64,000 bases of DNA from a virus (taxonomy: Duplodnaviria > Caudoviricetes), in the IMG/VR virus record IMGVR_UViG_3300003316_000244, positions 1-64,000 of that record, one strand, 5' to 3'. Below the pieces are notes generated by a model. That model ran no database searches. It was not told the DNA's origin and saw nothing but the letters and a program-made list of their open reading frames with translations. Both the position numbers and the translations under genes were made by a program. Positions 1 through 9,287 of this stretch are shown here, in pieces. Within the stretch, counting starts at the first letter, position 1; each line of letters begins with the position of its first letter.

Positions 1-152
1 TAAGTCTTCCCTTATATAAGGGAAAATGATCTGATGAAATAATAACATAATAATCAGATTCTACATTTCCAAATTGCAATGTTTCATAAATATTACTAAT
101 TGCAAATTTAAAATTATTAATTAATAATTTTTTTATTTCATCATTCACATAA

Positions 153-183
153 CAAAATTAATATTTTTAATTAAAATATCAAA
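153..183 (-). promoter_or_regulatory. Bacteroidota-type housekeeping-sigma promoter
   Basis: Minus strand reads TTTG(183-180)-N19-TAATTTTG(160-153), matching TTTG-N19-21-TAnnTTTG. Confidence 0.6.
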
Positions 184-192
184 TTTTTAATT

Positions 193-224
193 AAAAAAAA
201 AGGACAGTAAATATTACTGTCCCT
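193..224 (-). terminator. Intrinsic terminator ending the hen1-pnkp operon
   Basis: GGACAGTAA-3nt-TTACTGTCC stem followed on the minus strand by a T9-10 run. Confidence 0.8.
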
Positions 225-247
225 AGAAATCAAACAAAAAATATTAA

Positions 248-478
248 TTAATCTTCATAACTTATTACATAATTTGACCTTGATAATTTTTCATAAGTTT
301 TAATTGCATCAATAGCATTATTAAATGAATCATAATAAATAAAATTACAATTACTTCCAAAGTAATCATTTTTCCACCATAACCACCAAATAAATTTATT
401 TTGTGTTTTAAAAAAAATTAAATAACTATCTCTATTCTTTTTAATTACTTTTTTTATGGTATAAATTCTATTTTTCAT
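248..478 (-). CDS. Hypothetical protein (76 aa)
   Basis: ORF co-directional with and 6 nt after the pnkp C-terminal ORF; no recognisable motif. Confidence 0.55.
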   Translation of the reverse strand: MKNRIYTIKKVIKKNRDSYLIFFKTQNKFIWWLWWKNDYFGSNCNFIYYDSFNNAIDAIKTYEKLSRSNYVISYED

Positions 479-484
479 AAATTA

Positions 485-2425
485 CTATAATCTAGGATCA
501 ATATTTTGTTCGGTATTTATTTCAATAATCATTTGAGCAAGTAATTGTTTATAATCTTCATTTTCTTCATTTATTAAATGATATGGAGTTTGAAGCATTT
601 TAATTCCTAATTCAAATTCAGAAATTGATGTTCTTAATTTTCTTTTAATATTTTTCTTCCTTAAAAGTTTATTATATTTTTTTTCAAATTTGTAATTATG
701 ACCATAAACAATGGTTAAATAATTTTTATTACGAACTTTTAAATATGGAGCAATGCCTTTGTTATATACCTTTTCTGGTTTAACAACAACACCTTCCATA
801 CCAAGTTTTAACGTAATTAAATTATAAAAATTATCAATATTATCTATTAAATGTATATTTTTTTGAAAAACATCAACCATATAATTTTTATCATCTTTTT
901 GTTTTTTAAAATCTAAAATACCATATATAGTATCATCATCTTTTAATTTTTCAAAAATTTCAATATTACTTTGATTTTCAAATGTTATTTCAGTATCATC
1001 TTCATATACAATTTTTAATATAGAAAATGGTTTAATTTCATTTTTAATGTCAGAATGAGTATATAAATAAACCTGATTATCATAATTTTCAATATATTTT
1101 TTTTCTTCTAATAATGGAATATGAATATAAGAATTATAATTACGAAATGTTCTTTCTTTAGTATTACCATATTTAGTGGTAAGTTGTTCTTTATTCATTA
1201 TTTTAATATCATCTATATATTCAAGATATTCATTATTATATTTAATAGAATTTAATATTACTTCAAATCCAGTTTCATTTAATAAATTAATCTCACTTTT
1301 AACACCAACTCCAATAGAAGTAAATTGTTGATCTATTAATCCTTTTCCCATTAATTTCCAAGGAAGAATTTCACAGTCCAACAGAATCATTTTAATCCTA
1401 GTATCTTTTTCAATAAATTTTTCATAATATGGTTTTGCCATTCTAATAATTTCTTCGTGCGAAATATAATTTTCTTTTATTTTATATCCATTTCTGGATA
1501 CAAGATATGTTTGTTCAATATCTTTAAAAAGATAAAGATTTCCACGACTTCCCATATATTTAGGTTGAAGTATCAATTTTTCAATACCTAAATTTTGATA
1601 ATATTTAATAGCTTCATTTAATGATTCAATATCATTTTCACCTTCATTTTTATCAGATGGTGACATTGTACCTGAAATAAAATTTATCTTATCTTTAATT
1701 AAGTATTTTATTCTGGTACGATCTTCAGGTTCTAATTGTGATAAATTATATACTTTATCTTTATCATTATATATTGAAACAATATCATTCAGATTATTAT
1801 TTTTAGATAATGAATCAACATGTTGGATATATGGTTTCCCATTTTTATTAATATGAATAGATGTAAGTCTGCCACCTGCAGCACATCCAGTATCTATCAT
1901 ATATTTGTTCTTAAAATTAACAACCTCTTTAATTGCAACATGTCCCATAATATGAAGAGGATTATTAAATTTAGCTTCATTATTTAAAAAAGAAAAATAA
2001 TTTTCAAGTTCCTCATTATATTTATCATCAGTTTCAAAATCAGCTCTTTTAGGATATATTAAATTTCTTTGATTTTTTAATGCTATTGGTGTAACTTTCC
2101 CTAAAACATCTTCCTTGCATGGTGCATGTGTTACTATAAAATCTCTATGTGTTAAAAATTCTTTTGACCCTTCAAATATTTCAAAAAATTTATTTCTTAA
2201 AATTTCATTTTTTTCTAAAATATTAATTGAATCAAAAAATAATTTTTCTAATTCTTTATCTCTATTAATAAGTTGTCCTTTTAAGGCTTTATAAACATAA
2301 TTTTCATGATTTCCAATGGTTAATAAAATTCGTCCATTTTTCCAATTTTTATATATAAATTCAATAGTGTTAATTAAATCAACACCTTTATCTAAAAAAT
2401 CTCCATTAATTATTATTTTTTTCAT
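485..2425 (-). CDS. pnkp: Pnkp C-terminal part: remainder of the metallophosphoesterase plus RNA ligase (adenylyltransferase) domain
   Basis: Phosphoesterase motifs GDFLDKG, GNHE, THAP, MGH, IDTGC; ligase motifs QPKYMGSR, LDCEILPW, EGVVVKP, YLKVR. Confidence 0.9.
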   Translation of the reverse strand: MKKIIINGDFLDKGVDLINTIEFIYKNWKNGRILLTIGNHENYVYKALKGQLINRDKELEKLFFDSINILEKNEILRNKFFEIFEGSKEFLTHRDFIVTHAPCKEDVLGKVTPIALKNQRNLIYPKRADFETDDKYNEELENYFSFLNNEAKFNNPLHIMGHVAIKEVVNFKNKYMIDTGCAAGGRLTSIHINKNGKPYIQHVDSLSKNNNLNDIVSIYNDKDKVYNLSQLEPEDRTRIKYLIKDKINFISGTMSPSDKNEGENDIESLNEAIKYYQNLGIEKLILQPKYMGSRGNLYLFKDIEQTYLVSRNGYKIKENYISHEEIIRMAKPYYEKFIEKDTRIKMILLDCEILPWKLMGKGLIDQQFTSIGVGVKSEINLLNETGFEVILNSIKYNNEYLEYIDDIKIMNKEQLTTKYGNTKERTFRNYNSYIHIPLLEEKKYIENYDNQVYLYTHSDIKNEIKPFSILKIVYEDDTEITFENQSNIEIFEKLKDDDTIYGILDFKKQKDDKNYMVDVFQKNIHLIDNIDNFYNLITLKLGMEGVVVKPEKVYNKGIAPYLKVRNKNYLTIVYGHNYKFEKKYNKLLRKKNIKRKLRTSISEFELGIKMLQTPYHLINEENEDYKQLLAQMIIEINTEQNIDPRL

Positions 2426-2679
2426 TCCTTATTTTTTCGTTTATTATATTCTACCGAAATAAATGTTCCAATAAAACCACCAATTGCTGCTGCAATAATA
2501 AGCGTTTTATCATGAACGTAATTAATAGTGGTTAGTGCTCCAAATAATAAAATAATGGAACTCCATGATGCTGCTGCAAAACTTTTCTTTTCACCAACTT
2601 TTATAAAATACATTGTCCAACAAATATCTGACAATGTAACTAAAATTATAATAGTTATAAATTGTAACCAATAACTCAT
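2422..2679 (-). CDS. Small membrane protein (85 aa, about 3 TM helices) lying inside the pnkp locus
   Basis: Three hydrophobic segments, GGFIGT motif, basic C-tail; starts 1 nt after the pnkp-N stop and overlaps the pnkp-C start (ATGA). Confidence 0.75.
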   Translation of the reverse strand: MSYWLQFITIIILVTLSDICWTMYFIKVGEKKSFAAASWSSIILLFGALTTINYVHDKTLIIAAAIGGFIGTFISVEYNKRKNKE

Positions 2680-2680
2680 A

Positions 2681-3421
2681 TTAATCTATTATTAAATCAT
2701 TTTCATCAATAGTAAAACCATTTTTAATTAACAAATTTTTTAACTCTTGATACGATTGGTGTACATCTCCTATAATTGTATATTCATCTTTTTCAGATAA
2801 AAAAAATGATTTATACCATTCTTTATTTTCAATTTCAATTTGAATTTCTGAAAAATTAATTGTTTTTATTTTTTGAAGGTTAGGATATATTTTTTTTGTA
2901 TATTCTGCTTGTTTTTCTTTAAATTTTTTTAAACTATTCGATATAATTTTTTTTCCAAATGAATCATTATTAGTTGCATATTTAAAATAATCTTCCCGAT
3001 TTCTATAATCAAAAACAATTGGACAAAATGTATAATTTACTTTTTTTGCAATTTCTTCCATTTCGTCTCTAAATTCTTTAGCAAGACCAGTTGTATCAAT
3101 AATAACAAAATCTGCATTCATTGGAAATGAGGTTACAGCAATTAATTTTTCACTAAGTAATGAAAATGCTTTTGCACTAACATAACTCATTCTATCATCA
3201 TTTTTATTAATATAATTTTTATCAGTAAATGGATTAAAACCTAAAAGTTCTCTTCTAATATTATCTGAAGAAATATATTGAATATTTATTGGTTTATTCA
3301 TCTCTTTAAATTCTTCTCTAAGTTTTGGAATTAAAAATTCTGTTGTAAAATACGATTTACCAGAATTAGTTGGTCCAATATAAAGAATTATAGATTGTGG
3401 TTTTATTTTTAAAATATCCAT
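2681..3421 (-). CDS. pnkp: Pnkp N-terminal part: polynucleotide 5'-kinase plus first phosphoesterase motif
   Basis: P-loop GPTNSGKS, IIDTTG, and C-terminal IIGDVH phosphoesterase motif I. Confidence 0.88.
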   Translation of the reverse strand: MDILKIKPQSIILYIGPTNSGKSYFTTEFLIPKLREEFKEMNKPINIQYISSDNIRRELLGFNPFTDKNYINKNDDRMSYVSAKAFSLLSEKLIAVTSFPMNADFVIIDTTGLAKEFRDEMEEIAKKVNYTFCPIVFDYRNREDYFKYATNNDSFGKKIISNSLKKFKEKQAEYTKKIYPNLQKIKTINFSEIQIEIENKEWYKSFFLSEKDEYTIIGDVHQSYQELKNLLIKNGFTIDENDLIID

Positions 3422-3426
3422 TTAAT

Positions 3427-4764
3427 TTAAAATTTGATAATTACTCCTTGTGTAACACTTTCATCATTTACTGAATCTCCAATATCAATAAATTCATACT
3501 TAAATGAACCATACTTTGTAAATTCAGTTAACATAAATGATTGGAATTCTGATTTCCCATATTCCCATTTATGATCATCATGTCTCATTCCTTCCATATT
3601 ATAATTTTTATTAAAATCAGCATTTGGTGTTGTAATAACTACAGTTGTACCAATTTTTTCTTTACAAAAGAAAAATAAATCTTTAAGAAAAATTTTTACA
3701 TCATCAATTGCCATATGCTCTATAACTTCAGAGCATATTATATCATATTTTTCATTATCATCAAATTCATCAATAAAAGAATTAAATGATTGGTAATAAA
3801 TAATATTATCAATGCCTTTCCGTTCGGCTTTAATTTTTAATTTATTTAATGATTCTTCATCTATATCAATTGCATGATAAAATTTTCCTTCATTTAATTT
3901 TGGTGCAAATTTTAAAGCATAACGTCCTTCACCACAGCCAATATCAATAATTTCATTTTTTAAATTCAAAATATTATTAATATAATCTATTCGTTGGATA
4001 TGTGTGTCTCCAAATTTAAATTCTATCTTTTCACTTTTACTATTTTCTAATTGAGATTTGAATTTTTGAAAAAGATTACTTCTTTCATTAAATAATCTCA
4101 ATTTAAAAAGATATTTAATATAATATGGTGCATCTAATGTTTGTATTATTTTTATGTATCTTTCAATTAAATCTTCTTTAACAAATAGATATTCATTATC
4201 ATTAATCATTACTAAAAATAATGAAAGTAAACTTGCATAATTTATTAAATGATGAAGTGTTTTATTTGTTTTTATTATCAATTTATAATTATTACCTGAT
4301 TGTATAACTTCTTCTAAAGAATAATCAGGAAATGATTTTTTAAAAAATAAAAGATATTTTGAAATACCAACATGAACCATATTAATGGTCATTTCATTTT
4401 CATAACCTTCAATATCTTTTTCAAATTCTTCATATTTATTATTTTCTAAATGACCAAAATATTCTTTAATTGCTAAAGACATAAACATAGAAGAATTATA
4501 TCTTGTAAGATTCAAATATTCAAATTCTTCATCTTTAAATTTTTTAAATGATATTTCATCAAATCCATCTCTAAAATAAATAACATAAGTGTCATTAGAC
4601 TTAATTGAAAAATATCCAAATAACAATCCTTCCTTAAGAGTTTTAATTAACATTGGAATTGGCTTCTTTTCGTTTGAATTAAATTCCTCTGAAGGAATAA
4701 ATGGACGTTTTTGTATTACAAAAGAAAAATCAGGATTATTTGATTTTAATGTTAAAATTGACAT
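3427..4764 (-). CDS. hen1: Hen1 3'-terminal RNA ribose 2'-O-methyltransferase
   Basis: N-terminal Hen1-like strand (ILTLKSNNPDFSFVIQKRP); SAM motif DIGCGEG, EVIEH, TTPN, RHDDHKWE; adjacent to pnkp. Confidence 0.9.
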   Translation of the reverse strand: MSILTLKSNNPDFSFVIQKRPFIPSEEFNSNEKKPIPMLIKTLKEGLLFGYFSIKSNDTYVIYFRDGFDEISFKKFKDEEFEYLNLTRYNSSMFMSLAIKEYFGHLENNKYEEFEKDIEGYENEMTINMVHVGISKYLLFFKKSFPDYSLEEVIQSGNNYKLIIKTNKTLHHLINYASLLSLFLVMINDNEYLFVKEDLIERYIKIIQTLDAPYYIKYLFKLRLFNERSNLFQKFKSQLENSKSEKIEFKFGDTHIQRIDYINNILNLKNEIIDIGCGEGRYALKFAPKLNEGKFYHAIDIDEESLNKLKIKAERKGIDNIIYYQSFNSFIDEFDDNEKYDIICSEVIEHMAIDDVKIFLKDLFFFCKEKIGTTVVITTPNADFNKNYNMEGMRHDDHKWEYGKSEFQSFMLTEFTKYGSFKYEFIDIGDSVNDESVTQGVIIKF

Positions 4765-4784
4765 TTTTAATATTTATGTTGTTA

Positions 4785-5018
4785 TTAATACGATTTAAAA
4801 TCATCAATATTTTTTAAAAAATCTTCAATAATTTTTTCATCATTTGATTGATTAATATATTGATTATTTTCTTTAAAAATTAGATCAATAATTTCTAATG
4901 TTTCTCTTGCCATTTTGCCTCTATCTAATTCAATTAAACCAGAATAATTTTCTTCATTAGCATAAAATTCTAAGCATTTTTGAATTAAATCAATATTTTC
5001 TATATTATTCATCTTCAT
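4785..5018 (-). CDS. Hypothetical protein (77 aa)
   Basis: ORF within the operon, overlapping its upstream neighbour. Confidence 0.55.
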   Translation of the reverse strand: MKMNNIENIDLIQKCLEFYANEENYSGLIELDRGKMARETLEIIDLIFKENNQYINQSNDEKIIEDFLKNIDDFKSY

Positions 5019-5325
5019 TTAATAATAAATGATCAATTTCTTTTGTTAAATCTTCAATTTCAAATAATTTCATTTTATATTCCTTTCTAAATGGATATTT
5101 TTTAGGATTTTTTTGTATGTTTCTTACCATAAATTCTCCTTGAGAGTCTGCATTTTCAAAATTTTCATAATCTTCATAAGAAACATTAGAATATGAAATT
5201 ACTCCACCTTTTCTAAAGAAAACATAAAGAAGTTTTTTATTTTTAAAATATAAGGTTTTAAATAAATTACTAGAATTAAAAAGGGCTTCTATGCAATTTT
5301 CTGTTACTTGTTTTTTTAACAACAT
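5005..5325 (-). CDS. KTSC-domain protein
   Basis: SSNL...Y...LYVFFRKGG..SYSNV...YENF..ADSQG pattern typical of KTSC. Confidence 0.75.
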   Translation of the reverse strand: MLLKKQVTENCIEALFNSSNLFKTLYFKNKKLLYVFFRKGGVISYSNVSYEDYENFENADSQGEFMVRNIQKNPKKYPFRKEYKMKLFEIEDLTKEIDHLLLNEDE

Positions 5326-5331
5326 GATTTA

Positions 5332-5362
5332 CAAATATAACGGTATTTATAATAAAAACAAT
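5332..5362 (-). promoter_or_regulatory. Bacteroidota-type promoter for the KTSC-hen1-pnkp operon
   Basis: Minus strand ATTG-N19-TATATTTG just upstream of the 5325 start. Confidence 0.55.
5343..5350 (+). promoter_or_regulatory. Putative late promoter GTATTTAT
   Basis: Motif recurring just upstream of virion genes; 10 nt before ATG 5361. Confidence 0.55.
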
Positions 5363-6137
5363 GTCAAAAAGAAAAAAAATAAATATTAACATTAATCCAC
5401 CCAAATTAGATGATGATAAACCATTTCAATATGGGAAAAAAAGAATTGAAGAATTATTAGCTAAAACAGATGAAAAATCGACTTTTTTACCTAAACCAAT
5501 TGATATAAAAGATTTGGATAGGGCCATTAGAGACTATGTTAAAGAAGGTGATTTAAAACTTGTTTTAGATGGAAAGGATGTACCAACATTTTATTTATCA
5601 AATGAACGATGGGGAGAATTTTCAAAAACTTGGAAATTCACTGACGATGATAAGAATATACCAACACCATTTCTAACAATTAAAAAAACTCAAACCGAAA
5701 TTGGTACAAGAATAGGTAATAAATATAATATTCCAAACGGAAAATTATTCAAATATTTAGATGTTCCAATAGTTGATGAAGGTGAAACAATTTTTTTACG
5801 TTATAAAATAAACCAACCAGTGAATATTGATCTTACATATGAAATAAGATTATTTTCAAAATATATTATCGATATAAATAAATTTGATCAAATATATATT
5901 AAAACATTTAGAAGTTTACAATCATATATATTAGTTAAAGGAAATTATATGCCAGTAATTCAACAGGGAATTTCTGAAGAATCAACAGTTGAAGATATTG
6001 ATGGTGATAGATTTTATGTTAAAGTCTATACTATAAAACTTTTAGGTTTTTTACAATATGAAGATGATTTCAAAATTGTTAAAACAATCAGAAAACCATT
6101 ATTTGTTATTAATACTAATGAAACAAAAAAGCCATAA
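5361..6137 (+). CDS. Probable virion neck/tail-completion protein
   Basis: Late motif upstream; PFLTIKKT...PVNIDLTYEI pattern recalls tail terminator/neck proteins (weak). Confidence 0.45.
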   Translation: MSKRKKINININPPKLDDDKPFQYGKKRIEELLAKTDEKSTFLPKPIDIKDLDRAIRDYVKEGDLKLVLDGKDVPTFYLSNERWGEFSKTWKFTDDDKNIPTPFLTIKKTQTEIGTRIGNKYNIPNGKLFKYLDVPIVDEGETIFLRYKINQPVNIDLTYEIRLFSKYIIDINKFDQIYIKTFRSLQSYILVKGNYMPVIQQGISEESTVEDIDGDRFYVKVYTIKLLGFLQYEDDFKIVKTIRKPLFVINTNETKKP

Positions 6138-6154
6138 ATTATTATGGCTTTTTA
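6125..6154. terminator. Bidirectional intrinsic terminator
   Basis: AAAAAAGCCATAA-ATTA-TTATGGCTTTTTT between convergent genes. Confidence 0.85.
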
Positions 6155-6178
6155 TTTTTAATAAAAATTAAATTTGTT

Positions 6179-6949
6179 TTATGATACTACCTGACTTAAT
6201 ATTTTAGGAATAATACTCCTTGCAGCACTTATTAATTCTGATGCTTTAACGGTTGATAATCCACCTTCTACTGAGGCTAATCCGATATTACCACCATGTA
6301 CTGCATGAGTAGCACCAGCAACACCTGCAGCACCTAAAGCTGCAACTAGTGCATAAAATATACCATTAACTACACCTTCTTGTGTTTTTGGAGGTAATGA
6401 ACCAATATATGGACTTAATATTCCCTTTAATACATCAAGATATTTATGATGTAAATGCTCACCAACATGACTAACTTTTTGCCCTATTGATTGTATTGTT
6501 TGATTGTCTGTTTTACTTCCCAAAAATGATAAACTTTTACCAACCAAATTAGTTATTGCTGGTAATGCCAATCCAGCTCCTGCAACCAATGGAAGAATTG
6601 CTTCACTTAATTCTTGTTCTGCAACTGGTGTTTGTTGTTGTGCAGCAGGTTGTTGATTTTGTTGACCAATGGGTTCTAATTGTCCATCTTTATCACCTTG
6701 TGTTTTAGCAATTTGTTGTACTTGCTGTGGTAATTCTTTCATTATTTGACTTAAAGCACTATCCACTTCTTTTTCAAAATTAGCATCAATTTGTGCTTGA
6801 TTTTGTTGTGGTTGTTGATTTGTAGGTGGTGTGGCATTAGTGGTTTGTGCAACTGGTTGTTGTTCTTCTAAAGATTCATTAATATATTTTTTACCCTTTT
6901 TAGGATCATAATTAGACATCTCTAGTATTCTTTTGATATGTTTATCCAT
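6179..6949 (-). CDS. Late-expressed Gln-rich protein with two hydrophobic segments; possible internal head/ejection protein
   Basis: GTATTTAT at 6967-6974; Q/P-rich linker; Ala/Gly-rich hydrophobic C-terminal half. Confidence 0.55.
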   Translation of the reverse strand: MDKHIKRILEMSNYDPKKGKKYINESLEEQQPVAQTTNATPPTNQQPQQNQAQIDANFEKEVDSALSQIMKELPQQVQQIAKTQGDKDGQLEPIGQQNQQPAAQQQTPVAEQELSEAILPLVAGAGLALPAITNLVGKSLSFLGSKTDNQTIQSIGQKVSHVGEHLHHKYLDVLKGILSPYIGSLPPKTQEGVVNGIFYALVAALGAAGVAGATHAVHGGNIGLASVEGGLSTVKASELISAARSIIPKILSQVVS

Positions 6950-6978
6950 TTTTATTAAATTTTATTATAAATACTATT

Positions 6979-7827
6979 TTAAATACTCAAAGTTTCATAA
7001 TTTCCATTAGATGTAAACGATGTTCCACTTGGATATGTTGGTTTTTCTAACGGAATTGATTCAACAGTTGAATTGATTAGATTATTGTATTCTGGATTAT
7101 TAAATTGATTAAAATATAATGACATTGCTGATAAGTCATATTTTCTAGTTGATTTATTTACATTTACTTTTAAATAAATATCTGTTTCATTATTCACTAA
7201 TATTGTTGGAGTAGTTGGGGATGGTAAATTTGTTGCTCCTTTATTATAAAAAGGTATAAAGGCACCACTTTTAGCATTATAAAAAAAATATCTAATATAT
7301 ATATCAAAAGTATTACCAGTAAATGAATTAATATAATCTAATGGTAAATATATTTGTAATGCTTCAGATGAAGAATTAATAATGTGTGTACTTATATTAT
7401 TGTTGGTTTGATTGGCAATTTTTGCAAAATTAAAAACATTATAATAACCAGTAGATAATAATATTTGATTTTTGCTATTAAATGTATCATATACTTGAAC
7501 AACATAAAAACTATTAATAAAACTTTCACTTAAATTTAATATATCTTCAGTTAAATCAAATTTAGTAAATGTATATCTATTCCAATAATTATTATCTAAA
7601 AAATTAAAAGTAAAAGTATAATCACCTTCAATAGGTCTAAACATTTTTTTTTCACCATCATCAAATGGATTAACATTTTCTTCTTTGGATGATGTTAATA
7701 AATCAGTATTATCTTCACTATAATCAACAAAATCAAAACCATCATTTTTCAATGAAACTTTGATATAATTATCATTAGCACCAACTAATTGATTCAATTT
7801 TATTTTATATTTATCTGTGTTTAACAT
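6979..7827 (-). CDS. Hypothetical virion structural protein (282 aa)
   Basis: Overlaps the upstream late gene; N/T/F-rich beta-type composition. Confidence 0.6.
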   Translation of the reverse strand: MLNTDKYKIKLNQLVGANDNYIKVSLKNDGFDFVDYSEDNTDLLTSSKEENVNPFDDGEKKMFRPIEGDYTFTFNFLDNNYWNRYTFTKFDLTEDILNLSESFINSFYVVQVYDTFNSKNQILLSTGYYNVFNFAKIANQTNNNISTHIINSSSEALQIYLPLDYINSFTGNTFDIYIRYFFYNAKSGAFIPFYNKGATNLPSPTTPTILVNNETDIYLKVNVNKSTRKYDLSAMSLYFNQFNNPEYNNLINSTVESIPLEKPTYPSGTSFTSNGNYETLSI

Positions 7828-8960
7828 AATTTTCCAAGTCCATTAATATCTGTAGAAGGTATTGTATTGATAAGAATAGGTTCACTAAATTTTATTTCAC
7901 TAAATACATTGGCAGTATTTTCATGGGTCAAATCTGGAACTATACTTAATATTAAATTATTATATACATAATGTGATCCATTCAAAAATGGATAATCAAC
8001 ACCTAAATTGGTAATTGGTTCAATATAACCAAAATCTAGCAAATCTCTCCATAAATAATTTCCATTATTATCTAATGCAACAGCATACTCTGGTATTGTA
8101 ATATTGCTAACTGTAGTTGCACTTATATTTGCAGTTGAATCAACACTGGAGAAATCTCTTAATTTAATTTCAAGAAATGGACGATATTTAAATTTTAATG
8201 AATTAGTATCATAAGGTATTGTAATATAATATTCTTGTTCATTTATTATATTTTCTAAAAAATTTTCTTTATTATATGAGACTAAATCCCCATACACAAT
8301 ATCACCAATATTATAATTTGTTAATGGTAAATTAACTAATGTAAAATTATTTTCATTTGAAGAAGAATCGAATTCTTTTCTTTCTACTGTTTGTGGAATA
8401 TCCATTCCATTAGGAATAGATTTATAATTAAAATATAAATAAAATTTAGTAATTGGTTTATTAAAACTATCTACCATATTGTATGTTGTTTGATCTAAAC
8501 CATTAGTAAATATATAATTTCTGTCACCAAAAATATTTACACCATATCCACCATAAATTATATCAATATCATCATTTTTTGCAATTACTTTATAATTAGT
8601 AAGATAATTTCCATTATTAAAAGAAGTATTTCCAGTATATGGTGTAATCAAATAAATATCAAAATTATTAATTAAATTTCTAGAATTATTTGTTCGATTT
8701 CTATCGAAAAAATCACTAATTTTAGTAAAATTTGTTTTAAGTCTATGTAACATTGAAACATAATCAACTCTTCCATATATTCTGAATTTTAATGTTTCTT
8801 GTCTTTCTAAATCTGCTTGTTGAGCAACAAGTAATGATGATAGTATATCATATTCAATAAGTTGTTTATTAGTTGATTCTAGAACTAATTTGTCTTCAAT
8901 GTCAACATTTACTGTCTTGATATTTTTTGCACTATTTAAACGAATAATGTTTTCTTCCAT
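7821..8960 (-). CDS. Hypothetical virion structural protein (379 aa)
   Basis: CTATTTAT variant at 8987-8994; composition like tail/baseplate proteins. Confidence 0.6.
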   Translation of the reverse strand: MEENIIRLNSAKNIKTVNVDIEDKLVLESTNKQLIEYDILSSLLVAQQADLERQETLKFRIYGRVDYVSMLHRLKTNFTKISDFFDRNRTNNSRNLINNFDIYLITPYTGNTSFNNGNYLTNYKVIAKNDDIDIIYGGYGVNIFGDRNYIFTNGLDQTTYNMVDSFNKPITKFYLYFNYKSIPNGMDIPQTVERKEFDSSSNENNFTLVNLPLTNYNIGDIVYGDLVSYNKENFLENIINEQEYYITIPYDTNSLKFKYRPFLEIKLRDFSSVDSTANISATTVSNITIPEYAVALDNNGNYLWRDLLDFGYIEPITNLGVDYPFLNGSHYVYNNLILSIVPDLTHENTANVFSEIKFSEPILINTIPSTDINGLGKLC

Positions 8961-8999
8961 TAATATGGTGTATTTTATTTACACCAATAAATAGTAAGA

Positions 9000-9197
9000 T
9001 TAATTTTGATTTTCTATTCTTTTTTTATAGTTTTTAAACTCATTAGGGAATTGATTTTTCCAATTTTCACATGAAATACTATCATAATATTCTCCTTTAG
9101 TACATGGATTTTGATAATCATGCATCAAAATTTTGCAATTATGTGTAATAAATGTTAAAACAACAATTATTATTAAGCTAACTAGTTTTTTTTTCAT
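9000..9197 (-). CDS. Small protein with N-terminal signal/TM segment
   Basis: MKKK plus hydrophobic stretch; two Cys. Confidence 0.5.
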   Translation of the reverse strand: MKKKLVSLIIIVVLTFITHNCKILMHDYQNPCTKGEYYDSISCENWKNQFPNEFKNYKKRIENQN

Positions 9198-9287
9198 TTT
9201 AAGTCTTTTTAATAATAATTACAATTTTCTGGCACAAAAACAATAGATTATAATAATAAATTATTATCTTTGAAAAAATGATTTTTT

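Noticed and set aside
2426-2683. Self-splicing intron, intein or gene-60-type ribosomal bypass restoring full-length Pnkp
   Set aside because: No group I/II core or intein motifs; no matching GAT landing codon before the downstream ATG (in-frame TAA GGA ATG); the insert is a clean coupled ORF. RT-PCR would still be decisive.
8966-8986. Second NrtR box (TGGTGTA-N7-TACACCA)
   Set aside because: The GT...AC spacing is N9, not N7, and it lies in the leader of a late structural gene; more likely an mRNA hairpin.
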